A stretch of DNA of 64,000 bases from the human T2T-CHM13v2.0 reference genome, Homo sapiens. Shown piece after piece: positions 39,909 to 53,183 of the stretch. The DNA is taken from assembly GCF_009914755.1 (NCBI RefSeq), contig NC_060926.1, one strand, 5' to 3'. The notes beneath the pieces were generated by a model. That model did no database searches, was not told where the DNA came from, and saw only the letters and a program-made list of their open reading frames with translations. A program made the position numbers and the translations under genes. The first letter of the stretch is position 1, and the number at the start of each line of letters is the position of its first letter.

Positions 39909-42375
39909 GTTCAATTCAAATATTGAGCCAACTTAGCATTCCTGGGATAAATTCCACTTAGTCATGGTATATAATTCTTTATATAGGTTGTAGGGTTGAG
40001 TTTGGTAGTATCTTGTCCAGGATTTTTGGATCTGTACTTGTGAGAGATATCTATAGTCTTTTTTCTTGTGATATGTTTGTCTGGTTTGGGTATCATAGTA
40101 ATATTGTTCTCATAAAGAATCGGAAAATATTATCTCCTTTTCTTTTTGTTTTTTGTTTATTTTTTTAAATGTCTTTGAAGAACTGGTATTACTATTTTTT
40201 TTAATGTTTAACATAGTTAAGCAGTGCAACCATCTGAGTGTGGGCTTTCTTTTGTGAATAGCTTTTTGTGTTATTTTGTATTGATTACTTATCCAATAAT
40301 TCACCTACTACAAGTGTATTCAGATTATTTGTTTCTTCTTGAGTTAGTTTGGTTAGTTTATGTCTATCTAACAATGTGTTTAGGTCATCTATGTTACCTA
40401 ATTTATAATTAGTGCACAATTGCTCTTATTAATTGGTAATTCTTTTTATTTCTGTAGCACCAATAGTAACCTGAGTTCGTTCATTACTTATTCTACTAAT
40501 ATGAGATTTCTCTTTCTTTTTACTGTTTTTTCACTTGGCCATTATAGCTAAATGTTTCTCAACACTGTTGATCTTTTCGATGACTCAGCATTTTACTTCT
40601 TGGATTTTCTCTACTGTTTTTGTATTTTATAATCAATTACTTTCAGCTGCATTCTTTATTTCCTTTTTTTCTACTTATTTTAGTTTTAGTTTTCTCTCCT
40701 TTGTCCAGTGTTATTGATGTCAGAACTTTTATCTTTCTTTCTTTTTTTCCAATAATTTCAACTTCTATTTTGTATTCTGGGGTACATGTGCAGATTTGTT
40801 TTATGGGTATATTGCCTGATGCTGAGGTTTGGGTTACAAATGATTCCATCACCCAGGTACTAGGCTTAGTACCCAATAGTTACTTTTTCAATACTTGGCC
40901 CCCTCCCCCCATACCCCCTTTAGTAGTCCCCAATGTCTATTGTTGCCATCTTTGTGTCCATATGTATCCAATGTTTAGCTGCCACTTATAAGTTAGAACA
41001 TGTAGTATTTGGTTTTCTGTTTCTGTATTCATTTGCTAAAGATAATGGCCTCCAGCTTCTGTTCCTGCAAACGGCATGGCCTTGTTCTTTTTATGCCTGC
41101 ATAATATTCCATGGTTAATATGTAACACATTTTATTTATCCAGTCTACCACTGATGGACATTTAGGTTGATTCCATTTCCTTGTTATTGTGAATAGTGCT
41201 GCAGTGCACATACGTGTCATGTGTCTTTATAATAGAATTATTTCTATTCTTTTGGGTATATACCCTGCAGTGGGGTTGCCGGGTCAAATGGTAGTTCTGC
41301 TTTTATCTCTTTAAGGAATTGCTACACTGTCTTCCACAATGCTTGAAGTAATTTACATTCCTTCAATGGTATATAAGTGTTCCCTTTTCTCCACAACTTT
41401 GCCAGCATCTGTTTTTTTTTTTTACTTTTTAATAATAGCCATTCTGACTGGTATGAGATGGTATCTCTTTGTGGTTTTGATTTTCATTTCTGTAATGATC
41501 AGTGATGCTGAGGTTTTTTTTTGATATGCTTCTTGCCACATGTATGTCTTCTTTTGAGAAGTGTCTGTTCATATCTTTTGCACACATTTTAATGTTTATT
41601 TTTCCTTATAAATTTGTTTAAGTTCTTTGTAGATGTTGTAGATGCAGGTTATTAGACCTTTGCCAGATGCATGGTTTGCAAAAATTTTCTCTCATTCTGT
41701 ATGTTGTCTATTTACCCTGCCAATGGTTTATTTTCCTGTGTAGATGCTTTTTACTTTAATTAGATCACATGTGTCAATTTTTGCTTTTGTTGGAACTGCT
41801 CTAGTGTCTTTATCATGAAATCTTTGCCTGTTCTTACATTCAGGATGGTATTGCTTAGGCTGTCTTCTAGAGTTTTGATAGTTTTGGGTTTTATATTTAA
41901 ATCTTTAATTCATCTTAAGTTGCTTTTAGTATATGGTGTAAGGAAGGGGTCCTTACACCATATACTAGCCAATTATCTCAACACTATTGAATAGGGAGCC
42001 CTTTTCCCATTGCTTGTTTCTGTTAGCTTTGTTGAAGATCAACTGGTTGGAGGTGTTCAGACTTATTTCTGGGCTCTTTGTTTGGTTCCATTGGTCTGTG
42101 TTTCTGTTTTTGTACCAGTGCCATGCTGTTTTTGGTTCTGGTAGCCTTGTGATTTAGTTAGAAGTTGGGTACCATAATGTCTCCAGCTTTGTGCTTTTCA
42201 CTTAGGACTGCCTTAGCTATTTTTTGGTTCCATGTAAATTTTTTAAAAGTTTATTTTTTTCCTTGTTCTGAGAAGAATGTATCTAGTAGTTTCATAGGAA
42301 TAACATTGAATCTATGAATTGCTTGGGGAAGTATGGCCATTTTAACAATATTGTTTCTTCCTATCCATGAGTGTG

Positions 42376-42773
42376 TGTATTAATTCATTCTCACATTGCT
42401 ATAAAAATAGCTGAGATTGAGCAATTTATAAGGAAGGAGATGCAATTTGCTCATGGTTCTGCAGGCTGTGCAGCATGCGTGGCAGCATCTGCTTCTGAGG
42501 AGGGCTCAGGGAGCTTTTACTCATGGCAGAAAGCAAAGCCAGAGCAGGCACATCACATGTCCAAAGCAGGAGCACCAGCTGGAGGGAGGTGCCACACACT
42601 TGTCAACAACCAGCTCTTACAAGAGAACTCACTATTGCTACCAAGGGATGATGGTGTTAAGCCATGAGAAACCATACCAATGACACAGTCACCTCCCACC
42701 AAACCCACCTCAAGCAATGGGGATTACATTTCAACAAGAGAATTGAGTGGGGCCACAGATCCAAACCATACCA
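42376..42773 (-). mobile_element. MSTB-like MaLR solo LTR nested in L1
   Basis: 'gctcatggttctgcaggctgt...ggcagcatctgcttctg...actcatggcagaa', 'cagatccaaaccatacca'; TSD gtgtg / gcatg. Confidence 0.88.
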
Positions 42774-43039
42774 GCATGGAATGTTTTTCCATTTGTTTGT
42801 GTCATCTCTAATTTCTTTGAGAAGTGTTTTGTCATCTCCTTGTAGAGATTTTTCACCTCCCTGGTTAGCTATATTGCTAGGTACTTTATTCTTTTTGTGG
42901 CAATTGCGAATGGAATTGTGTTTGGCTATTGGCTTGTCTGTTGTTGGTGTATTGGAATGCTAGTGATTTTTGTACATTGAAACATTGCTGAAACTTTTTA
43001 TCAGCTGAAGGAGCTTTGGGGCCAAGACTATGGAGTTTT

Positions 43040-43264
43040 TTATTCTGCCTTTTTCTGTTTTCCACTTGCTTGGTAGATTTTTTCCCATCTCTTTATTTTG
43101 AGCCTATGGGTATTATAGCTAGTGAGATGGGTCTCTTGAAGACAGCATACCAATGAGTCTTGGTTCTTAATCAAACTTGCCACTCTCTGCCTTTTAATTG
43201 GGGCATTTAACCCATTTACATTCAAGGTTAGTACTAATATGTGTGTATTTGATCCTGTCATCAT
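43040..43264 (-). pseudogene. L1 ORF2p endonuclease N-terminal remnant
   Basis: MTGSNTHILVLTLNVNGLNAPIKR...CCLQETHLT...HRLKIKRWEKIYQASGKQKKA is the recognisable L1 ORF2 APE-domain start; truncated by deletion. Confidence 0.92.
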
Positions 43265-45232
43265 GTTGTTAGCTGGATACCATTCATATTTGTTTATGTG
43301 GTTGCTTTATAGTGTCACTGGTTTACATACTTAAGTGGCTGGTAATGTTCTTTCCTTTTCATATCTAGTGCCTCCTTCAGGAGCTCTTGTAAGGCAGTTA
43401 TTTTAGTAATGAAGCAATGAATCCCTTCAGCATTTCCTTCTCTGAAAACAATCTTACTTTTCCTTTACTTGTAAAGCTTAGTTTGGCTGGATATGAAATT
43501 CAGGGTTGGAATTTCTTTTCTTTAAGAAGGTTGAATATTGGGTCTTAATTTTTACTGGCTTGTAGGGTTCTGCTGTTAGTCTGATGGGCACCCCTTTGTA
43601 GGTGACCTAACCTTTAACATTTTTTCATTTATTTTGACCTTGGAGAATCTGATGATTATTTATCTTTGGGATATTCTTGTGGAGTATCTTACCGGGGTTC
43701 TCTAAATTTCCTGAATTTCAATGTTGTCCTCTCAAGCTAAGTTGGGGAAGTTTTCATGGTTGTTATCCTGAAATATGTTTTCCAAGTTGCTTACACTCTT
43801 CCCATCTCTTTCAGGGACACCAATGTGTAGTAGATTTGGTCTCTTTACATAATCCCATATTTCTCAGAGGTTCTGTTTATTTCTTCTCTTTTTTGTTCTC
43901 TATTCTTGTCTGGCTATCTTATTTCAGAAAGCCAGTGTTCAAGCTCTGGCATTCTTTCTTCTGCTTGTTCTATTCTATTATTAATAAATACTTGTAATTG
44001 CATTATGAAACTTGTGTAGCATTTTTCAGCCCTATCAGGTTGGTTATGTTCTTTTCTATACTAGCTATTTTGTCTATCAGCTCCTGCACCATTTTATTGT
44101 GATTCTTAGCTTCCTTAGATTGAATTTCAACCTGCTCCTGCATCTCAGTAATTTTCCTTCCTGTCCATATTCTGAATTCTATTTTCAGCCCTATCTGATA
44201 AGGAAGGCCAGTCTGTAGAAGTCAGGTCCAACAGCTCCCCTAAGGGTAAAGTCTTCTATGGGAAAAATTTGAGCCTAGGGGGAAGAATATCCCTTCCCAT
44301 GCTCCACTAAAGATGCTCCTACACCAAACCCTTTGGGTTGCACATCATCTGGCTTTCTGCCCCTACCACTTCACTAAGCAGCAATCTTTGCTAACTTGAG
44401 TGTCCATAGTGTTTGAGAGGTCTCCTTCTGCTGGGATGACACAGGCCTATGGTGAGAACAGGTTGCTTCTTGCTAGTTCAATTTATCCATTCTTCCAGAG
44501 TTGTTGGGGACCAGGAACAAGTCCCAGTCTGTGATAGGCCCTTGCATGGTTCCAAGCTTCCTCCTCCTATAGCCCAGCTTCTGTGTCTTCCCTCCATTCG
44601 CTCTCAGTGCCTTTGCTCTGAAGATGTTAGCAGTGCACCAGTTGTCTTGTCCCCTCAATGGCAGCTGCTCCACCTGTCTCTGACTAGTGGGCCATCTTGC
44701 TTTCCCTTATCTTTCTTAATATAAGCATATACTGTTTCTCTCTGAACACTTTTTAGCTCCTGTTTCTCTCTGAACACTTCTTTAACTCCATACCATAAGT
44801 AGAGGTATTTTGTGTCCACATTTCAATATGTGTTCTGATTTCCATTTTGATTTCTTCTTTACCACCTTAGTTATTTATTACCATGTTGTTTAATTTTAAA
44901 ATATTTGCAATTTTCCCATATATTTTTCTAAGTGCATTCCATTATGATTGAAGGACATATTTTAAATTATTTCTATTCCTTTACATTCATTTTATGTTGT
45001 AACATATTGTTCATCCTGAACAATGTTCTATGCACAGTTGAGAAGTATGTATTTTGTGTTACTGTTGAGTGAAGTATTCTGTACATAACTGTTACTTATA
45101 ATTGCTTTGTAGTTTTGTCTTCTACTTCCTTGTTGATCTTCTAACTAGTTATTTAATCTACAATTGAAAGCAGAGTATTGAAATCTCCAATATTATTGTT
45201 GACTCATCTATTTCAACTTTTTATTCTGTCAG

Positions 45233-45771
45233 TTTTTTTATTATTATTATTATTATTTATTATACTTTAAGTTTTAGGGTACATGTCCGTAACGTGCAGG
45301 TTAGTTACATATGTATACATGTGCCATGTTGGTGTGCTGCACCCATTAACTCGTCATTTAACATTAGGTATACCTCCTAATGCTATCCCTCCCCACTCCC
45401 CCCACCCCACAACAGGCCCTGGTGATGTTCCCCTTCCTGTGTCCGTGTGTTCTCATTGTTCAATTCCCACCTATGATTGAGAACATGGGGTGTTTGTTTT
45501 TTTTGTCCTTGTGATAGTTTGCTGAGAATGATGGTTTCCAGCTTCATCCATGTCCCTATAAAGGACATGAACTCATCATTTTTTATGGCTGCATAGTATT
45601 CCATGGTGTATATGTGCCACATTTTCTTAATTCAGTCTATCATTGTTGGACATTTGGTTTGGTTCCAAGTCTTTGCTATTGTGAATAGTGCCGCAATAAA
45701 TATACGTGTACATGTGTCTTTATAGCAGCATGATTTATAATCCTTTGGGTATATACTCAGTAATGGGATGC
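45233..45771 (-). mobile_element. Young L1PA (about L1PA3-5) 3' end, 5'-truncated
   Basis: 'tatactttaagttttagggtacatgt...ttagttacatatgtatacatgtgccatg'; ORF MWHIYTMEYYAAIKNDEFMSF is the ORF2 C-terminus. Confidence 0.92.
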
Positions 45772-48706
45772 CTGTGCTTTGATGTTCTTTTATTGAAGTA
45801 CATAATATAATTTATAATTGTTATACATATTATATATATGTTTATAATTGTTTTATCTTTCTAATAAATTAACTGCTTTATCCATTGTCAATGTAATATG
45901 GTCTATTTTATTCTGGAAAAATTTTTTGTTTAAAAGTCTATTTTGTCTGGTATCAGTACAACCACTCCATCTTTCTTGTGGTTTACTGATTGATTGCATA
46001 CTATATCTTTTTCCAACCCACTTTCAATCTATTTGTGTTTTTGAATCTAAAGAACATTGCCTTTAGACAGCATATAATTGGATAATTTTTAATTCAGTCT
46101 GACAATCTCTGTCTTGTGATTATTTATTCCATTCACATTTAATATTATTCTGGATATAGTTCGATTTATGTTTGTCATTTTATATCTTCTGTCTCATGTG
46201 TTTATTTGTTCCTCTACTACTCCATTATACCTTTGTTTTGTATTAAGTGAATATTTTCTAATAAAACATTTACATTTGTTTACAAGCATTGTTGCCGTAT
46301 TTATTTAAACATTTGTTGTAGTTATTCTATGGCTTACAACATACATCATATCTTATCCAAAAAGCTTGATTTATACTAGTTTAATCCAAGTAGAATACTA
46401 CTGCTATATAGCTCTGTTATAATTCCCTTTTTTGTGGTATTATTATTATGCATATTGCATCTATTAATGTTATAAACCCAGAAATGCATTATTAGAATTA
46501 TTGCATTGCTATCTTAAGATTTTCTCCTACCACCCTTTGTAAAGTTATTGGCAAATATATTACACAAGTATTTCATTTCTATATGTTATATGCCCATCAA
46601 CATATTGTGTATGTATTATTTTATACAATTGCTTTTTAAAATATCTTAAGAAGGGGAACATATGAATACATATTGTCTCATAATTTCATAATTACTTTTA
46701 CTAGTAATTTTGGTTTGTGTGGATTCAGATTACTGTATGGGTCACTTGTCTGAAGAACTTTCTTTAGCATTTCTTGTAAGGTGGGTTACCAGAAACAAAC
46801 TGTCTCAGTTTTTGTTTATCTGGGAGTGTTTTTATTTCACATGCATTTAGAAAAGTAGCTCTGCTGGATCTTTGTTTAAAACCTTTTTGTTTGCTTTATT
46901 TTTTTATTTTCCTTTGAGGCCTTTGAATTCCAAATATTATCTCACTGCCTGTTGGCCTCCATTATTTCTGCTGAGAAGTCAGCTGTTAATCTTATATTGT
47001 GATTGCCTTGAAAGTTACTGTTTATTTTCCTGATGCATTGTTTTATTGTGATACTTAGTTGTATTGTGTAATCTCTATTGCTTTATTTTCAAGTTCACTA
47101 ATTCTTTCATCTGACAGTTTAAATCTACTGTTCAGGCCCTCTAGAGAATGTTTTCGGTTTGTTATTATACTTTTCAATTCCAAAATTTCTAGTTTTTTTT
47201 TTTCTTAATGTAATTTTTATCTCATTTATTTTCTCTATTTGGTGTGGCACTGTATTTATACCTTAAATTATTTCATTTATCATGCATGCCTTTGGATTTT
47301 GAACATAATTCTTATGGCTAGTTTGAAATTATTTTCTACTAAACCTGACATCTGGTCACTCTCACAGACAGTTATGGTTGTCTACATTGTTACCAGTGTA
47401 TGAGATATACTTTACTCTTTCTTTGCATGCCTTGTACTTTGTTTTTGTTGTTGGAAACTACACATTTTAAATACCATATTGTAGCAACTCCAGGTATTTG
47501 TCTCACCATCAAACATATATCCAAGACTTGTTATTGTTATTTGCTTGTCTTTCCTTTTTCCTTTTGAATAGTGACGAGTTGAATTATTTTAGTGAAGTCT
47601 ATTTCCTCCCTCACAGTTATTAGCCTTTGTTGTTGCTCCTCCAAAAGGTTGACATTTGGGGTATCTCCACCCTTACCCTGTGATGACAATAGCTTTGATG
47701 AGGATCTCTTCCACTCTTTATGTGACCAAATCCAGCTGTTAAACTTCACTAATGCCAGCTTATTGCTTATTGTCTTCTACGTTATTCTGGGCATGAATTT
47801 TGCTACAAATTACTTCATTCAAGTTATGCCTCTTTTGATGGATTCCTTTCTGTGGTCAGTGTTTAATGTTTGTTCTGACATCAGAAGGACTCCATCTAGC
47901 TGTGTTATTTTCCAGTACCTAGGCAAACTAACTGTCCTGAAGTCTAGCCGTATCTCTAGTAGATCCATGAGTCTCTTCACAATTGACTTTTCACCACAAT
48001 CTCTCTTTTTCTTAAGGAAACACTTAGGCTTGAACTTCTCTATGCTCTGTTTCAAGAGAAGACAGTTACTTTGGGAAAGGATTAGGAGCTATCTACTCTT
48101 TAGCTTGCTTCCCCACCTCCCCCCAACCTCCAAGTAAGAACTCAGAAGGTGGAATTAAGGACAACAGCAAGCTTATGTCTAGCGATCCCAGCTCTAACAC
48201 ATGAGAGTTTAATGGAAGGAGCAGCAGTAGCATGGACGTGTTAGTTGGCCTCTTCCAGCATAGACCTACAGGTAAGGGAATGTGTATTAAGAAACCAGTA
48301 TTATACCCATGGTAAAGTCATTGTTTCATGATCAGGAACTAGATGAGAGAATGAAGCCCTTATCTCTTGACTGCCCTTGCCCAAGTCTAAGCCACAACAC
48401 AACATAGCTATAGGTCTAATGAAAACCATCATGTCCTACTTCTAAATAGAAGAAAGCCTTCCTTCTAAGAGCTGAAGTAGGGGAGAGAGGAGGGAGCCCT
48501 GCATTCTTGGCTGCAATAGGCTGGAGTTGGCTCTGCTTTGCAGAGCTAGGAAGTAGAGGGAGGGGGATGTCTTGGTTCAAATACCATAGACTCTTGCTGT
48601 CTTATCAAGTTTTTTGTAGATTTTCTTGAATAGATATTTCTTCATTGGCTGTTTTTCTTAGGACTATTTCCAGAGCCTTTGAATGGTGGTATTAAAAAAA
48701 AATTGT

Positions 48707-49211
<505 letters not shown>

Positions 49212-50634
49212 TCAGTTCACCTGACTATGTAAGAATCTTCCTTAAGCAGCAGTCTGCCTTTATAGAGAAACAGCATTAACTGAGTGGCTCATTCTTCACA
49301 GCTCTTGACAGCCCCAGGGCTGAGCCACTCTATTTTAATACTGCTCTGTAGATAATGATCTTCATTTTGGCAGAACCTCAAAATGACCTTGATGTTTACA
49401 ATAGCAGGGCAAAGCAGTGAACTGGCTGACAGCATTAAAACAGACAATTAACAGCAAGAGAGAAAGGAACTCCCTGTTCTTCTAATGTACACATATTTTC
49501 TAGTAAAAGTAAAACTCCATAATCTCTTGCTTAAATAAATTGTATACTATTTTCAACTTTTCATCTCAATTTTGTAAAACTGGAGAGAGTATTGTCAGGT
49601 TGTTATACATGTAAATCATACTCTTCTTTCTGAAAACTTATGTTAAAAAATAAGGGGTTATAAAATGTGATCTAAAAATAAAGTGCTGTATGCAGAGTGT
49701 AGAATTAGAGCATTTATTTCATGACTTCAAGGCAATGCTTTTTAACTCCCTATTTAAATATGAAAAAGTACTTTTGATTATTTCTTTAAAGTTTGTATTT
49801 AGCACTCTAATTTTATTTTTTATCTAATAAAAGAGATTCTTAAAACTACCCATAAATTATCCTATGAAAGCAAAATAATCATTAACCATATAAATCAAGT
49901 GAGGACTAAATCACATTCTGCTATTTATAACAAGCTTTTGCTATGCATTATCCAAAATTGAACTAACATACACTTTGACTTTTTTCCTGACATGATTTAT
50001 AGAAATTTGGCCTTTTTATGACTTTCATAGCCATTATTCTTTATTTGCTATTGATTATAAGTCAGTTCAGTTTGCTTTGAGACATCTAGTTAGTAGTGAT
50101 TCAGATTAAAGTCTGTTACAACTATATTCAGCTAATGTAAAGAAAATTAAATAGATGACTCTTCAGAATTATTGAGAAGGCAACAGCTAACCTTAACTAA
50201 TTATGCTTACTTATGATACTCTATGGCCTTGATAATAAAAACCATTAGCTAATGCCAACTCAGTTCTGATCTCTGCATAGAATAACTACATCTAAGAAAA
50301 GTGTGTACTCTCTCTCTGCAGGTAATGTTCCGGAAATTAGTACATCTAAAAATCAAAAAAATTCTTTTTGTATAAACACAGCTACATTGGTCATGTTTAC
50401 CTATTTATAAAAATACAAACTGTATAAATTAGATACATAGAATATGTTATAAAATTTTTATTCATCTAGTTTTGCTATGTAAAAAGAGCTTGGATAATTA
50501 AGATTAACAATGGCTAGAAAATATTAAGATAAATAAAAATTCAGAGAGAATCTGTAACTCTAACGATATTTATGACAAAAGTTTCAGTATTAACTGCCCT
50601 AGGTTTCACTATTGTGAGCATATAGGAAGCAAGG

Positions 50635-53027
50635 TGATGTAATTTGGATCTGTGTCCCCACCCAAATGTCATGTTAAATATAATCCGCAGTGTTGAAGAT
50701 GGGTCTGGTATGATGTGACTGGATCATGGAACAGGGCTTCCCGCTTTGGTACTGTTCTTGTGATCAAGTTCTCATGAGATCTGAATTTCTAAAAGTATGG
50801 AATTTCTTCCTGTGTCTCTCCTGATTTGGCCATGTAAGACATGCTTGCTTCTCCTTTGCCCTCCATCAGGATTGTAAGTTTCCTGAAGCCTCCTCAGAAG
50901 CTGCTGTCTTTTCTGTACAGCCTTCAGAACTGTAAGCCAATTAAACCTGCTTTATTTAGAAATTACTCAGACTCAGGTATTTTTATATTAGTATGATAAC
51001 TGACTAATACAGAACATTAATACTAAGGAGTGAGGCATTGCTCTAAAGATATCTGAAAATGTGAAAGCAGCCTTGGAACTGGGTAATGGGCAGAAGTTGG
51101 AACAGTTTGGAGGGCTCAGAAGAAGGACAGAAAGATGAGGAAAAGTTTGCAGCTCCCTAGAGATTGGTTGAGTGGTTGTGACACAAATGCTGAAAGAGAA
51201 GACCAAGCTGAGGGAGGTCACAGATGGAAATAATGAACTTATTGGGAACTGGAGTAAAGGTCACTTTTTTATGTGTTAGCAAAAAGGTTGGAGGCATTGC
51301 ACCCCTGTTCTAAAGATCTGTGGAACTTTGAACTTGAGAGTGATGATTTAGTGTATCTGGCAAAAGAAATTTCTAAGCAGCAAAGCATTTAAGGTGTGGC
51401 CTGGATGCTTCTAGAAGTGTATGCTCATATGCATGAGCAAAGAAATGATCTGAAACTGAAACTTATATTTAAAAGGGAAGCAGACTGTAAAAATTTGGAG
51501 AATTTGCATTGTGGTCATGCAGTAGAAAAGAAAAGCCCATTTTTTGGAGAGGAATTCAAGCTTGCTGCAGAAATTTGCACAACTAAAAGGAATGCAAGTG
51601 CTGATAGCAAAGACAATGGGAAAAAAGGCCTTGAAGGCATTTTAGAGATTTTTGCAGTAGCCCTTCCCATCACATGCCTAGAGAACTAGAAAGGAAGAAT
51701 GGTTTCCCAGGCCAGATCCAGAACTCTACTCTCCTTCAAGGCTCAGGGCACTGCTCCCTGCATCCTAACAGCTCCAGCACAAGTCATGGCTAAAAGAGGC
51801 CTAGGTAGAGCTTTGGCTGCTGCTTCAGAGGATGTAAGCCATAAGCCTTGGTGGTTTTCAGCTAATTTAAAGCCTGTGGGTACACAGAATGCAAGAATTG
51901 AGGGTTGGGAGCCTCTGCCTATATTTCAGACTGTATACGGAAAAGCCTGGATGTCCAGGCAGAACCTGCTGCAAGGGTAGAGCCCTTATAGAGAACCTCT
52001 ACTAGAGCAGTGGAGAGGAGAAATGTGGGGTTGAAACCACCAAGCAGATTCTCCACTGGGAACCACCCAGAGTCGCTGTGAGAAGAGGCCACCGTCTTCC
52101 AGGCCCCAGAATGGCAGATCCACCGACAGCTTGCACCCTGTGCCTGGAAAAGCTACAGGGGCTTTATGTCAGCTCATGAAAGCAATTGAGGTGGTAGAAG
52201 GGGCTGTACTTTGCAAAGCCTCAGGGAAGGGGCTGCCCAAGGCTTTGGGAGCTCACGCGTTGCACCAGTGTGTTCTGGATGTGAGAGATGGAGTCAAAGG
52301 GGATTATTTTAGAGATCTAAGATTTAATTACTGCCTTGCTGGGTTTCAAACTTGCAAAGGGCCTGTAGCCCCTTTCTTTTGGCCAGTTTTTCTCTTTTGT
52401 GATTGTAGTATTTATCCAATGACTGTAACTCCATTGTATCTTGGAAGTAACTAATTTTTTTTTGGTGTTATTTTACAGGCTCATAGGTGGAAGGGACTAA
52501 CCTTGTCTCCAATGATACTTTGGACTGTGGACATTTGAGTAATGCTGTAAAGAGTTAAAACTTTGGTGGATGTTGGAAAGACATAATTGTATTTTGCAAT
52601 GTGAGAAGGACATGAGATTTGGGAGGAGCCAGGGGTGGAATGATACGGTTTGGACCTGCGTCCCCACTCAAATCTTATGTTGAATTATAATCCCCAATGT
52701 TGGAGGTGGGTCCTGGTGGAAGGTGATTGGATCATGGGGGAAGGTTTTCCCCTTTGATACTGTTCTCATGATAGAGTTCTCAGGGGATCTGTTTGTTTAA
52801 AAGTGTATAGCATCTTCCCCATGTCTTTCTTTATCCTGCTCCAGTCATGTAAAATGTGCCTGCTTCGCCTTCACTCCCTGTCATGACTGTGAGTTTCCTG
52901 ATATCTCCCCAGAAGCTGCTATGTTTCCTGTACAGTCTGCAGAACTATGAGCCAATTAAACCTTTTCTCTTTATACATTACCCAGTCCAGGTATTTCTTT
53001 ATAACAGTGTGAGAACTGACTAATACA
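50635..53027 (+). mobile_element. Complete MST (MSTA-like) MaLR provirus: LTR 50635-51011, internal 51012-52640, LTR 52641-53027
   Basis: Two homologous TG...CA LTRs; MaLR internal motifs ('ttggaactgggtaatgggcagaagttggaacagtttggagggctcagaagaa'); PPT 'gggaggagccaggggtggaa' before 3' LTR; TSD caagg / caggg. Confidence 0.92.
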
Positions 53028-53183
53028 CAGGGCAATTATATTAAAATCTCTTTGATCATTCCTCTTGTGTGAATAAACTAAGAGAATTAATTATTTCATT
53101 CATATAAATACACATAAAACAACTCATTGTCTTGAAAAAGGAACATGGTATCTGTAATACGTTATAGTCCACAGCTATTTGAG

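Larger units (their letters stand above)
40740..44706 (-). mobile_element. Primate L1 (L1PA15/16-L1PB type) with both termini and large internal deletions
   Basis: 3'UTR and tail at 40740; 5' start 'gggaaagcaagatggccc' (minus) at 44706; 11-bp TSD ttatctttctt (40729-40739 and 44707-44717). Confidence 0.85.
36410..48700 (-). mobile_element. Ancient L1M LINE (3'UTR-ORF2-ORF1-5' region), fragmented by younger insertions
   Basis: Continuous antisense L1 motifs ('gatttgcatttccctgatgact', 'cagttgttccagcaccattt', 'ttagaatcagcttgtcaattt', 'tctgctgagaagtcagctgtt') resume around each nested element; ORF 37821-38045(-) is ORF2-like. May be more than one element. Confidence 0.7.

Noticed and set aside
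47592-48137. Longest ORF in the track (181 aa)
   Set aside because: GTG start, lies antisense within old L1-derived sequence, and its Leu/Ser/Phe-rich composition is expected from T-rich DNA; no recognisable domain.
51396-52454. Three consecutive ~100-aa ORFs
   Set aside because: Broken remnants of the MaLR internal region, not a gene cluster.
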